A stretch of 64,000 bases of DNA from Octopus sinensis (taxonomy: Eukaryota), in assembly GCF_006345805.1 (NCBI RefSeq), contig NC_043008.1:31434001-31498000 (forward strand), in the 5' to 3' direction. A program made the translations under genes and the position numbers. The notes under the pieces are model-generated. The model searched no databases and was not told the origin of the DNA. It saw only the letters and a list, made by a program, of their open reading frames with translations. Shown piece by piece: positions 1 to 12,130 of this stretch. Each line of letters starts with the position of its first letter. Positions within the stretch are counted from its first letter, which is position 1.

Positions 1-50
1 GTATATATATATTATATATATATATATATATGTGTTTGTGTGTGTGTGTG

Positions 51-238
51 TTTGATTTCGTCCATCACTTGACAACCGATGCTGGTGTGTTTACGTCCCC
101 GTAACTTAGCGGTTCGGCAAAATAGATCGATAGAATAAATACTAGGCTTACAAAGATTAAGTCCTGGAGTCGATTTGCTAGACTAAAGACGGTGCTCCAG
201 CATGGCTGCAGTCAAATGACTGAAACAAGTAAAACGAA
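51..238 (+). mobile_element. Octopus tRNA-derived SINE, family A (OK-like), 3' half
   Basis: Matches the 3' half of the full copy at 46072-46500 (cttgacaaccgatgctggtg...ccagcatggc..cagtcaaatgactgaaacaagtaaaa). Confidence 0.85.
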
Positions 239-924
239 AAAAAAAAATATATATATGTGGAAAAAAGTCACGTCTGTAAAGATCGATGAACGAATTTTAG
301 TCAGAGTAAACAATGTTAGTGATATGAACCAGAATGGAAAAGGATTATGTGTGATGTTAATGTCACATGTATATTATGACATTATTTATTAATAATGTAG
401 GAATAAAGTGCATATCACAAGTACACCTGTTGCTTTTTTATTGGTATAGTAGCTAAATTTATACATCTTTACTTCGATTCATGTAACTCTAGAACTTGCT
501 TTTAACTATATCTATATCATTGTTGTCATTATTTCATTTTCTTTTCTTTTGAAGGAAGCTTAGTCTGGTTACAGCAGCTGTTTTTGCGGCCTTCAAAGAC
601 TCTCTTGAAGCCGGTGAGCAGGTTTCGAATTGACGGCTTCAGAAGAAACATGGGCAAGGGAGGAGAGACACTCTGTAAGAATGACGTTCTGTGAAGGAAG
701 GACTGGTAAATATATTAACGCGGAGTTTAAGAAATTGGGGACATTAAATGTATGAAGAAAAGGAGGGAAATGTATGAGTAACGTGAGACAGAGCTTGCTA
801 TCATCAATTAATCGAAAAATTAACGGAATTATAGTAATTATCGAAACATTGAAAATAAGTTAAAAGGGTAAAAAGTTGTGTCGTCATATTTTATTTTTTA
901 TCCTGTTTAAATGTTATACTATAT

Positions 925-1562
925 TGGTTTCAGTTTTTGGCACAAGGCCAGCAATTTACATCGACCCTAGTGCTTAACTGGTACTTATTTTATCGACCCC
1001 GAAACGATTAAATGCAAAGTGGACTTCAGCTGAATTTGAACTCAGATTATATAAGATGTTATAGTATATTAAGTGTGTATACATGCGGGTGATAGAAAGA
1101 AGGGTGCAGGACGGAAAGAGAAGGAGGCATGGAGAGAGAGGGAGGGATGGAAAGGAAAAGGGAGAGAGAGAGAGAGATGTCTAAATTTACGGCCTGAAAA
1201 CCGGTGTAACATGCTTGTATGGCTTTTATCAAAGCTCGTTCAAAATCTGGAGTAAGTTGATTAAGATTTGTACAAGGAAACTAAAAGTTTCACAAAATTA
1301 CAAATAAAAATATTATAATCTCGTTATGAAAAACCGTAAAAAGACTCGTCGCTTTTTTAAGAATGTCTTCAAATTTTGACACAAGGCCAGCAATGTCGGG
1401 GAGGAAGTAACTCGATTACATGAACCCCAGTGTTCAACTGGTACTTATTTTATCGACCCCGAAAGGATGAAAAGCAAAATCGACCTGGGAGGAATTTAAA
1501 CCCTGAAATTCCACTAAACATTTTGCCCAGCGTGCAAACGATTCTGCTAAACTCGCCCTTTA
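925..1562 (-). mobile_element. Two degenerate copies of SINE family B (about 925-1050 and 1365-1562)
   Basis: Contain ttttggcacaaggccagcaat / gtacttattttatcgaccccgaaa / gatgaaa.gcaaa.tcgacc blocks repeated more than ten times in the window. Confidence 0.8.
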
Positions 1563-1642
1563 TAATAATAATAGACGATTATATCAGTGCAATCTTGAAA
1601 TGTTTTAGTGAACTTTGTAAGACGTTTTACATTCTCTCGATA

Positions 1643-2020
1643 TTTACTCTTTTACTTGTTTCAGTCATTTGACTGTGACCATGCTGGAGCACCGCCTTTA
1701 GTCGAGCAAATCGACCCCAGGACTTATTCATTGTAATCCAAGCACTTATTCTATCGGATCTCTTTTGCTGACCGCTAAGTTACGGAGACATAAACACACC
1801 AGCATCGGTTGTCAAGTGATGTTGGGGTGACAAAAACAGACACACACACACAGATATATATACGACGGGCTTCTTTCAGTTTCCTTCTACCAAATCCACT
1901 CACAAGGCTTTGGTCGGCCCGAGGCTATAGCAGAATACACTTGCCCAAGGTGCCACGCAGTGGGACTGAACCCGGAACCATGTGGATGGAAAGCAAGCTA
2001 CTTACCACACAGCCACTCCT
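1643..2020 (-). mobile_element. Full-length SINE family A (OK-like)
   Basis: Reverse complement of the 46072-46500 copy, from the tRNA-like head (aggagtggctgtgtggtaag) to the gtaaaagagtaaa tail. Confidence 0.9.
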
Positions 2021-2097
2021 ACACCTCAGGTCGATTTAGTTTTTGTTTGTTTCTTTTTACTTTTACTTTTTAATGTTAAAATTACTCGAGAAGATAG

Positions 2098-2534
2098 GTT
2101 TCAAGTTTTGGCACAAGGCCAGTAATTATAGTGGAGGGGCTAGGTCGATTACATTAACCTCAATGCTCAACTGGTACTTATTTTATCGACGCCAAAATGA
2201 TGAAAGACAAAGTCAACCACGGCAGAATTCGAACTCAGAACATAAAGACAGACGAAAAAACGGTAAGTATTTTACCCGGAGTAGTAAAAGTCCTTGCGAG
2301 CTCGCCGCCTTTTTAATAATGGCATCAAATTTTGACACAAGGCCAGCAATTTCGGGAAGGGAGTAACTTGATTATATGGACACCGTGCTCAACTGCTACT
2401 TATTTTATCGACCCCGAAAGGATAAAAGGCAAAGTCGACCTGAGCGGAACTTCAACCCTGAACATAAAGACTGACGAAATTCTACTAAACGATTTGCCCG
2501 GCGTGCTAACGATTCTGCCAAACTCGCCACCTTT
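2098..2534 (-). mobile_element. Two adjacent SINE family B copies (about 2098-2312 and 2322-2534)
   Basis: Same family-B blocks; the head reads ggcggcgagctcgcaagga / ggcgagtttggcagaatcgttagcacg on the minus strand. Confidence 0.8.
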
Positions 2535-2625
2535 ATAATAATAATAATGGTTTCAACTTTTAGCACAAGGCCACCAGTTGTAGTGGGAGGAGCTTCGTCG
2601 ATTTGAACACAGCACGTAAAATACC

Positions 2626-2929
2626 TGAGGCACATGGCCTAATGGTTAAAGCAGTGGACTCGCGGTCGAGGGATCGCGGGTTCGAATCTCAGACCGGGCG
2701 ATGTGTGTGTTTATGAGCGAAATACCTAAGCTCCACGCGGCTTCGGCAGAAGATAATGGCGAACTTCTGCTGATTCTTTCGCCACAACTTTCTCTCACTC
2801 TTTCCTCCTGCACCTACAGCTCACCTGCGACGGACCGGTGTCCCGTCCAGGTGGGGAACCTATACGCCAAGGAAACCGGGAAACCGGCCCTTATGAGCTA
2901 GGCATGGCTCGAGAAGGAACAAACAAAAA
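2626..2929 (+). mobile_element. tRNA(Arg)-headed SINE (OR1/OR2-type), inserted into a family-B SINE with a 12-bp TSD
   Basis: A-box tggcctaatgg, B-box ggttcgaatctc; TSD acgtaaaatacc at 2614-2625 and 2930-2941; homologous to the copy at 27088-27375. Confidence 0.85.
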
Positions 2930-3053
2930 ACGTAAAATACCGGAAGAAACTTCGTAAAGCATTTTATCCGATGTGCTAACACTTCTACAAGCTCACCGCT
3001 TTTATTACGGGAGAATGTAACCTTAAGAATATATTTTAACATTAACAATGATT

Positions 3054-3190
3054 ATTCCGCCGAGGTGGACTTTGCCTATTACCCTTTCGGGTTGATAAAA
3101 TAAGTATCAGTTGAGCACTGGGGTCGGTGTAATCGACTTAGCCCTTCCACCGAAATTGCTGGCCTTGTACTGAAATTTGAAATCAATATT
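3054..3190 (+). mobile_element. SINE family B, 3' part
   Basis: attccgccgaggtggactttgcc...gaaattgctggccttgtactgaaatttgaaatcaat. Confidence 0.8.
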
Positions 3191-3551
3191 AGCAATGATT
3201 GTGGAGGCCCGTGGATTATTGGTTCGGACATTGGACTCATGATCGTAAGATTACGGTTTCGATTCCTGAACCGAGCGACATGTTGCATTCTGGAGCAAAA
3301 CACGCTGCTCCACTCCACTACGATGACAAAATGAGTAATCATGAAACAGACCAGTATCCTGTCCAAGGGCGGGGGAAACATGCACCACGGAAACCGGTAA
3401 AACCGGCCCTATGTCGTTCTCGAAGCGGTGATCTGGCAGAATCATTAACATACCGGGCAAAATTCTTAGGTTTACGTTCTGGGACAAAATTCCGCTGAGA
3501 TCAACTATGCCTTTCCTTATTTCGGGGTCAATAAAATAAATACCGAAAAGG

Positions 3552-3685
3552 GAATTCCAGGAATGCTTCCATCAATGGGAACAACACTGGATAAAGTGTA
3601 TGGCTTCAGAAGGGGACTATTTTGAAGGAGATCAAATGTCGAATTAATATGTTTTGTAGTTTCCAATACATTTTGATCACACCTA
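3552..3685 (+). mobile_element. Mariner transposon 3' end (transposase C-terminus plus right TIR remnant)
   Basis: Translates EFQECFHQWEQHWIKCMASEGDYFEGD, the mariner C-terminal W..RW.KC....G.Y.E motif, followed by ttttgatcacacct, the reverse complement of a typical mariner TIR (aggtgtgatcaaaa). Confidence 0.75.
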
Positions 3686-4049
3686 ATATTACCATGTTCA
3701 CTGAAAGAAAAATCATTTTGATGCAGACTCTATTTGTTTTCTCATTTATAAAGAGAGGACAAAATATTTCACTGATAAATACAAACAGGTGAGGGCATGG
3801 CTGTGCGGTTAAGACGCTTACTTCGGGTTCACTTAGGGCATGTGCTATCTAACTTCAAGACCGGGCCGACCAATGTCTCTGTGAGTAAATATGGTAGGCG
3901 GAAACTATGTGATAGGTATGTGAGATATAATGGACTATGTAATATTTATAAAGATAATGATAGAGACTGATATAAAGAGAAAGATAAGGGAGAGATGGCC
4001 AGAGAGAGAAAGAAATTAACAATGAGAAGGGGTAACACAGAGGTGGGCA

Positions 4050-4074
<25 letters not shown>

Positions 4075-4081
<7 letters not shown>

Positions 4082-4320
4082 ATCGACCAGATCATCAGAT
4101 GTTGCTACACATCGCTGGTCACAATGCGTTCGCATTAGCCTTCAAATGACACCACCCCGCTGGCTAAGCGAGCAGGCCATCAGACGAAAGAGTGAGAGAA
4201 AGAGTGGTGAAAGAGTACAGCAGGGATCACCACCCCCTGCCAGAGCGTCGGTCTGGGAATCGAAACCGCGATCCTACGACCGCGAGTTCGCTGCCCTAAC
4301 CACTGGGCCATTGCGCCTCC
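4075..4320 (-). mobile_element. tRNA(Arg)-headed SINE (OR-type, second subfamily)
   Basis: Minus strand ggaggcgcaatggcccagtggttagggcagcgaactcgcggtcgtaggatcgcggtttcgattcccagacc; same family as 19374-19622 and 18690-18812. Confidence 0.85.
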
Positions 4321-4341
4321 ACTATATATATATATATATAT

Positions 4342-4375
<34 letters not shown>

Positions 4376-4406
4376 ATATATTATATATATATATTATATA
4401 TATAAT

Positions 4407-4463
<57 letters not shown>

Positions 4464-4501
4464 GAAAAAAGGTTTGAAAATGCAATTTAAACGATGTTTA
4501 T

Positions 4502-4545
4502 TTACTTAACCGGTTTCACTCTTGGTAAAAGATTGTCAAAAGTAA
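4502..4545 (-). ncRNA. Type I hammerhead-like ribozyme motif (U3-A8 variant), left arm
   Basis: Exact reverse complement of 7891-7934. Confidence 0.55.
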
Positions 4546-5673
4546 CTTTGAATATTATGGGTTCAAAAAAAGTTTTTTACATAATTGTCACATTGAATAT
4601 TATGAATTCAAAAATGTTTTTTTATACATAATTGTCACATTACATGTATAAATATAGTATAAAAAAGTTCAATAGTATGATGAGAATATTTGGAAAATTG
4701 GCAGAAAAAGAATACAACAAATATATTATTGGAAATTTGGTTGCGTTAATTATTGGTTGTCGCAAATTGTCACATTACATGTATATATATACAGTCTTTG
4801 GTAGAAAGGACATGTTAAAGACATAAGGAAGTGTAATAGTTTGGTGAGAAAGCTTGTAAATTTGACAGAGAAAATTAAAATGGATATTTTAGACATCTCA
4901 GAATATTTTGAATCGAAGGCGAGAATTTGTTTTTTACTGACCTGTTTGTTTTAGCAGAAAAGTTGGATTGAGAGAAAAAAAGATATGTACCCAGTTTGGT
5001 TTATACTTCCCCTTCAAGCATCAGTGATTTTGGGTTATTGGGAGGTGAGTATGCGGGTGTGAATAGATGTGTCCGTGTGCCTGCTGGTCAGACAGCGTCT
5101 GTTTGTCACACACATATATACACACACACACAACAACAATACACACACACACATTATACACACACACACCACATACACACAACACACACACCACAACACA
5201 CCACACACAACGCACCCACATATATAATATATACACACAGCACACAAATATAACATGTATTTAAAATAATATACACACATATATAACACACATACACACA
5301 CACAACACACACACACACACACACACACCACCACACAACACACGCACACATATATACATAATATAAATATACACACAAATACACCTAGCATATATATACC
5401 AACATACAATACACATACACAGCATGTATATAATACACATACACAATATATGCATGCAATATACATACGCAATACACATATAATATATATATATATAGAC
5501 AATGCATATACATATATACATATATACATATAAATAGTGTTTACATACACATACATAGATATACCACATATACACACAATATACATACATACAATGCATA
5601 CACATACACGTACGCATACATATAATATATATAGACACACACACACATAACATACATACACAGTTCACCGACA

Positions 5674-5880
5674 ATGACAGTTCACCGACAACAACTGAGG
5701 GACCCCTCCACAAGACAGATACCACTAAGTGGACACTTAGACCTTTGTGCACACAATAAGTCCCCCAAATTCTTAGTCTTCCCACTATACCAATGCTCGG
5801 ACAACACCACAGACCAAACACGAATAAATAAGGAATGTAATCTTATTCAAAAATACAGACCACAACTAAACATACTCTAA
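5674..5880 (+). pseudogene. C-terminal half of a PLE GIY-YIG endonuclease
   Basis: TVHRQQLRDPSTRQIPLSGHLDLCAHNKSPKFLVFPLYQ...RINKECNLIQKYRPQLN fits the PLE pattern H..(I/L)R....S.H...C....F......R..KE..I....P.LN*. Confidence 0.75.
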
Positions 5881-7093
5881 TATACCCCCTGGGCACACAT
5901 CCAGAGCAGGCACACAGGGGCACGCGCACACTCACAGCATATCGTGCGGGCGGGCACATGCGCGCATCGGCACGCATAGGACACACTAGCGGGCATTGAC
6001 CGCACACATACGTGGCACGCACACGCGTGCATTATATATATGTAGGTTATGTATGTGTGTGGGTGTTGTGTGTGTGTGTGTGAGTGTGCACGTTGTGTGT
6101 GTGCGCGTGTGTATATGTATGTGTGTGTGTGTGTGCGTGTGTGTATGTGTGTGTGTGTGCGCGCGTTGTGTGTGTGTGTGTGCACGTGTGTATATATGTG
6201 TGTGTGTGTGTGCACTGTGTGCGCGTGTGTGTGTGTATGTGTGTGTGTGTGTGTGAGCATTGTGTACGTGTGTATGTATTTACATGTGTATTTGTTTTTA
6301 TATATATATATATGTGTGTGTGCTGTGTGTGTATATGCATGGTATGAGTGTATATGTGAGTACATTGTTTGTGTGTGTGTGCGGTATGTAGAGATATATT
6401 TGAGTGTGTACGCTATAGGTTTGTATTTTGTGTGTGTGGGTGTGTGTGTGAATTTTATATATATATTGTGTGTATGTGTGTGAAAAATATATGTATGTGC
6501 ATGTATGTATGTATGTATATGTATATATATATATATGTGTATATATATATATGTGTGTGTGTATGTGTGTGTGTGTATATATATTTTCATGTATATGTGT
6601 GTATAACATGTGCATTATTTGCATGCGCATTGTGTATATGTATATTGTATGTATGTGTACTGTATATGTATGTGTACAATAAGTGTATATATGTGTGTAT
6701 GTGTGCATTGTATATATGTATATTGTAGTGTGCTATATATACATGAATACATGTATAACGTTGCGTGTATATATATGTATGCATTGTGTATGTATGTTAT
6801 GTGTGTGTGTGTCTATATATATATATGTATGCGTACGTGTATGTGTATGCATTGTATGTATGTATATCGTGTGTATATGTGGTATATCTATGTATGTGTA
6901 TGTAAACACTATTTATATGTATATGTATATATGTATATGCATTGTCTATATATATATATATTATATGTATGTATTGCGTATGTATATTGCATGCATATAT
7001 TGTGTATGTGTATTATATACATGCTGTGTATGTGGTATATATATGCTAGGTTATATGTGTGATATTTATATTATGTATATATGTGTGCGTGTG

Positions 7094-7134
<41 letters not shown>

Positions 7135-7890
7135 GTGTGTGTGTGTTATATATGTGTGTATATTATATATAATACATGTTATATTTGTGTGCTGTGTGTA
7201 TATATTATATATGTGGGTGCGTTGTGTGTGTGTGTGTTCTGTGTGTGTGTGTTGTGTGTATGTGGTGTGTGTGTGTATACTATGTGTGTGTGTGTATTGT
7301 TGTTGTGTGTGTGTGTATATATGTGTGTGACAAACAGACGCTGTCTGACCAGCAGGCACACGGACACATCTATTCACACCGCATACTCACCTCCCAATAA
7401 CCCCAAAATCACTGATGCTTGAAGGGGAAGTATAAACCAAAACGGGTACATATCTTTTTTCTCTCAATCCAACTTTTCTTGCTAAAACAAACAGGTCAGT
7501 AAAAAACAAATTCTCGCCTTCGATTCAAAATATTCTGAGATGTCTAAAATATCCATTTTAATTTTCTCTGTCAATATTACAAGCTTTCTCACCAAACTAT
7601 TACACTTCCTTATGTCTTTAACATGTCCTTTCTACCAAAGACTGTATATATATACATGTAATGTGACAATTTGCGACAACCAATAATTAACGCAACCAAA
7701 TTTCCAATAATATATTTGTTTTATTCTTTTCTGCCAATTTTTCCAAATATTCTCATCATACTATTGAACTTTTTTATACTAATTTATACATGTAATGTGA
7801 CAATTATGTATAAAAAAACATTTTTGAATTCATAATATTCAATGTGACAATTATGTAAAAAAACTTTTTTTGAACCCATAATATTCAAAG

Positions 7891-7934
7891 TTACTTTTGA
7901 CAATCTTTTACCAAGAGTGAAACCGGTTAAGTAA
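7891..7934 (+). ncRNA. Type I hammerhead-like ribozyme motif (U3-A8 variant), right arm
   Basis: Stem I TTACTT/AAGTAA, core TTGACAA, stem II TCTT/AAGA plus two extra nt (GT), GAAA, palindromic ACCGGT stem III, cleavage triplet GUU; AATAAA at 7934-7939. The stem II junction is imperfect. Confidence 0.55.
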
Positions 7935-7997
7935 ATAAACATCGTTTAAATTGCATTTTCAAACCTTTTTTTCATATATAATCCCACTCGTGCGATA

Positions 7998-8479
<482 letters not shown>

Positions 8480-8784
8480 TGTGGTGTGTGTGTATAAAAA
8501 TAAAATTACTAGAAATAGCAATCAACTCTTTCTCAGATCCCACCCTACAGTCTTAAAAGAAACGACACATTATATAATATGTTCGTGAATAACATGCGAG
8601 TTAATCACGGCTAGAATACTTTTTCGTCATAAGGCCTGCTTGATCTCAGCTGATCTGGAGTTGAATTTTATCACAGACACGCAAGGGAGGTCACTAGAAG
8701 AATACGTATCAAAGAGTTGTCGTCCTTATTTATCCAGTAAATTTTAAACATTTGCATTTTATATTAGAAATCAAATATAAAACA

Positions 8785-8972
8785 GAATCGTTAGCACGTC
8801 GGCCAAATGCTTTGCACCATTTCGTCTATTTCGTCGCCTAGGTCGAGTTTACCTTTTATTCTTTCGTGGTAGATAAAACAAGTACCAGTTGAACACTGGG
8901 GTCGATGTAATCGATTCATCCCCGCCCCTAAAATTGCTGGCCGTGTGCCAAAATTTGAAACCAATATTAGAA
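8785..8972 (+). mobile_element. SINE family B
   Basis: gaatcgttagcacg...gtcgatgtaatcg...aaattgctggccgtgtgccaaaatttgaaaccaat. Confidence 0.8.
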
Positions 8973-8984
8973 ATCAAGTGGATG

Positions 8985-9042
<58 letters not shown>

Positions 9043-9825
9043 GATCGATCGATCGATCTATCTATCTATCTATGAGGTCAGTCGCATCTGTTTTGTTCCG
9101 CCACCCGGTCAGGGAAGATTTCTTCCATTTCCATTTTACTTTCGCTAGCTTCCTACACGCGTCTGATAGTCGAAAGACTCTGTTTTGTTTTATTTCTGTT
9201 GTAATTGTATAATTATTTTTCTTTTGTTATATAGCCGAAAGGCTTTTGTCCATTGTATATGTATAATTCTAGTTCGTCCGATAATCGAAAAACACTTTCT
9301 GTTTGTTATTTCCTTGTGTTTCTATATGCACATTCGTATGCCTTGCTCAGGGCCTTCAGCTTAAGCCCTCAGCCCGACTGATTTCGAGTAGTATCGGAGA
9401 GGATTGGGCGAAACTACTTGGACATTCCAGACTCTGACTGAAGAAGCAATTGGCTGCAAATGATCCGTGTATCTTGTTTTGTTCTGTTTGACGTTGTTGT
9501 GTTATCGTCCTTTTCCTGCTTGTTATGTTTTGACGATATCCGTTCGTCTTTTTTTTTTACTTCTGATATACATATATGTGTGTGTGTGTGTGTACAAATG
9601 AAGAGGAACTATTGGATGACCGTTGAGTCACAGAAGATCATCCGATCTTTGAGGGGTTTTGTTTTTCATCCGGCGTGGGTCCAAATACCATCTACTCACC
9701 AAACAAGCCTTGATTTAGTCGCCGACGACCCGACCATGTAACATATTGTAAGGGTTACATGTTAGCAGCAGAACGACCTTATATACACACACGCACGCAC
9801 GCACGCACACACACACACGCATACA

Positions 9826-9877
<52 letters not shown>

Positions 9878-10364
9878 ACACACACAGCATGTATATACAT
9901 AACTATGTCGTCCAGATGATCAAATGTTGTTGGACATCACTGGTCACAATACGCTTACTCGCGTTGTTGTAGCTTTCGAATGATGCCACCCTGCTGGATA
10001 GGCGGGAAATGCAGCACTCTCTTGAACAGCAGTTGCATGGTTACTTATTTACAACTACTGTTATATATATATCGGGTCATTACATTAGTAATGCATGAAC
10101 TAAAAATCGGAGAGGGACAGGATAAAGTATTTGCATATATCGTGTTATAAAAGCAGGTAGTAATTTAATTTATTCTTAGTACAAGTTTCCAAGAGTGCAG
10201 TTCGATTTTAACATCATCGACTATGTTTGCTTACAGTTACCTCCCTTGGGCTCATTTTTACCTCCCAACGTCATAGCATGCCGAATGAAAGCCAGATTTC
10301 TGCTATTAAATTTCATTTTCTCTATTTTTACCTTTTTCTAATTATTCTTTTTATGTGTTTATAT

Positions 10365-10580
<216 letters not shown>

Positions 10581-10589
10581 TCTTTATAT

Positions 10590-11280
10590 CATCTTACAAA
10601 AGTTGTTCATGTTACACATGTGTACTTCTCAAGATGCAGTGGATTTGCGCCATCGTACCTAACTTTCGAATCCTGTTTGAATAAATTCAGTTCTATTGTT
10701 ATATCCACTCCATCACAACCACTTTTACCTCGTCTTTGTCATCCAGTCACTGTCCCCGAAGGCTGTACTTAATTTAGCTGAAGAGGTGGAAGTCAGAGGG
10801 CACCAGATCTTAGCTGTACGGTAGATCGATAACTACTGACCAGCCTAATTTCCCGACTGCATGGATTGTTGCTAATGATGTGTATGGTCGTGCATTGCCA
10901 TGTTGAATTGGAACCACTTTTAGATTCTTGTTCTGCCTCGTCTGTCCCCCCCCCCCCTCGATGACATGTTTAAGCTGTTCACAGTACAGTCACATTTCAG
11001 AAAATGAAGGAGCATGACACCCTTGTTATCTCCCCAAGCAGTCACCGTGAACTTTTGTGTCCATCTCTAGTATTTGAATTCTTTAGGCCTTGAACAAAAA
11101 GTGTGACGCCAGTCCATAGACTGAACATTCGATTCCAGATCATAAAGATACGCCTACGTGTCACTAAACCGGAAAAATGTCTTTATTGGCTTCAAATGCT
11201 TCAAACAAATCAAAGTACACTTCAAATGGGTGCGTTAATAGCCAAAGTATCGACTTTGTACTAACGTTTACCAATAAAGC
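10590..11280 (-). pseudogene. Degraded mariner (DD34D) transposase
   Basis: The minus strand gives DT*AYLYDLESNVQSMDWRH (GDETW.Y.YDPE.K.QS.EW), QHGNARP (HDNARP) and PYS*DLVPSDFHLF (YSPDLAPSD.HLF) in the correct order, with stops and frameshifts. Confidence 0.85.
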
Positions 11281-11472
11281 GTATATTGTTGTTAAATGCT
11301 CGAAATACGAGACTAGAAAAGCAGGCAGCTACTGTTGAAGGGTTGTTCTTAATGTTGTTTCTTTTGTTTTCCATTTGTGTATTTCATTGTTATAAAGAAT
11401 AGTTCATGTTCCATGTACTCGTACTTCGTACTTTTTAGTAATACACGATTCATGACGTCCGGTGCCCACATA

Positions 11473-11529
<57 letters not shown>

Positions 11530-11564
11530 GTTAGATTAAGTATGTACATATACGTATGTATATA

Positions 11565-11623
<59 letters not shown>

Positions 11624-12003
11624 CAACATTAAGATAGGGTTGTAAATGCAACCCTCCATGGGATACATATATCCAATATACTGCTAGTGAAGTACCCAAC
11701 AAAGTTAATACAGAAATGTTAAGAACTGCGATGCAATTAATTCATTTGCTGTATTATATGGGCAAAGGTAAAATGTTTTACTACAAATTAATAATATAAA
11801 ATAAGAAAATGGAGAAATACAACTAAATCAATTATCAACTACCAGATAATACCCAATCACATAATTTATTAAACCACTACATATGAACGTTAAGGTCAAA
11901 CATATTAATATAGAACAAAACAGTGTACATGAAGGAGTAATATGGTACAATAAGTACAGTATGTATAAGAGAATATAAAAATATAAATATAAATATAAAC
12001 TAC

Positions 12004-12130
12004 ATCTTACAGCTGTTTCGGCCATGTAGATATGGGTGTCTCATTTTGCTCATATTAGCCATGTGTGATAGGTCAATATGTAGTTATAAATGAGACACTT
12101 ACAAAAATATCTCAAGGCCTCTTCGGAGAT
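12004..12130 (-). ncRNA. Type I hammerhead ribozyme with extended stem II (sense to the PLE ORF)
   Basis: ATCT-CCGAAGA-GGCC-[about 92 nt hairpin]-GGCC-GAAAC-AGCT-GTA-AGAT on the minus strand. Confidence 0.7.

Larger units (their letters stand above)
4456..7980 (+). mobile_element. Penelope-like element, 5'-truncated within the GIY-YIG domain, with an inverted 3'-end copy forming about 1.2-kb inverted arms
   Basis: 4456-5662 is the reverse complement of 6785-7980 (few indels). The spacer starts with a GIY-YIG C-terminal ORF. Each arm ends in an HHR-like motif plus AATAAA and abuts TA repeats. Confidence 0.8.

Noticed and set aside
2626-2700. tRNA genes at SINE heads (also 4250-4320, 27300-27375, 51675-51748)
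   Set aside because: A/B boxes are present but acceptor stems are not intact and each continues into a repeat body; these are SINE heads.
3755-3795. 35-bp micro-exon with cag|gtgagg donor
   Set aside because: The donor coincides with the start of a degenerate SINE head; probably coincidental.
4456-7980. Long-TIR DNA transposon (Foldback/MULE) interpretation of the inverted arms
   Set aside because: The spacer encodes a PLE GIY-YIG C-terminus, the arms end in HHR plus AATAAA, and no transposase or DNA-transposon TSD is seen. A read fold-back artefact is less likely because the arms differ and the spacer is unique, but it is not excluded.
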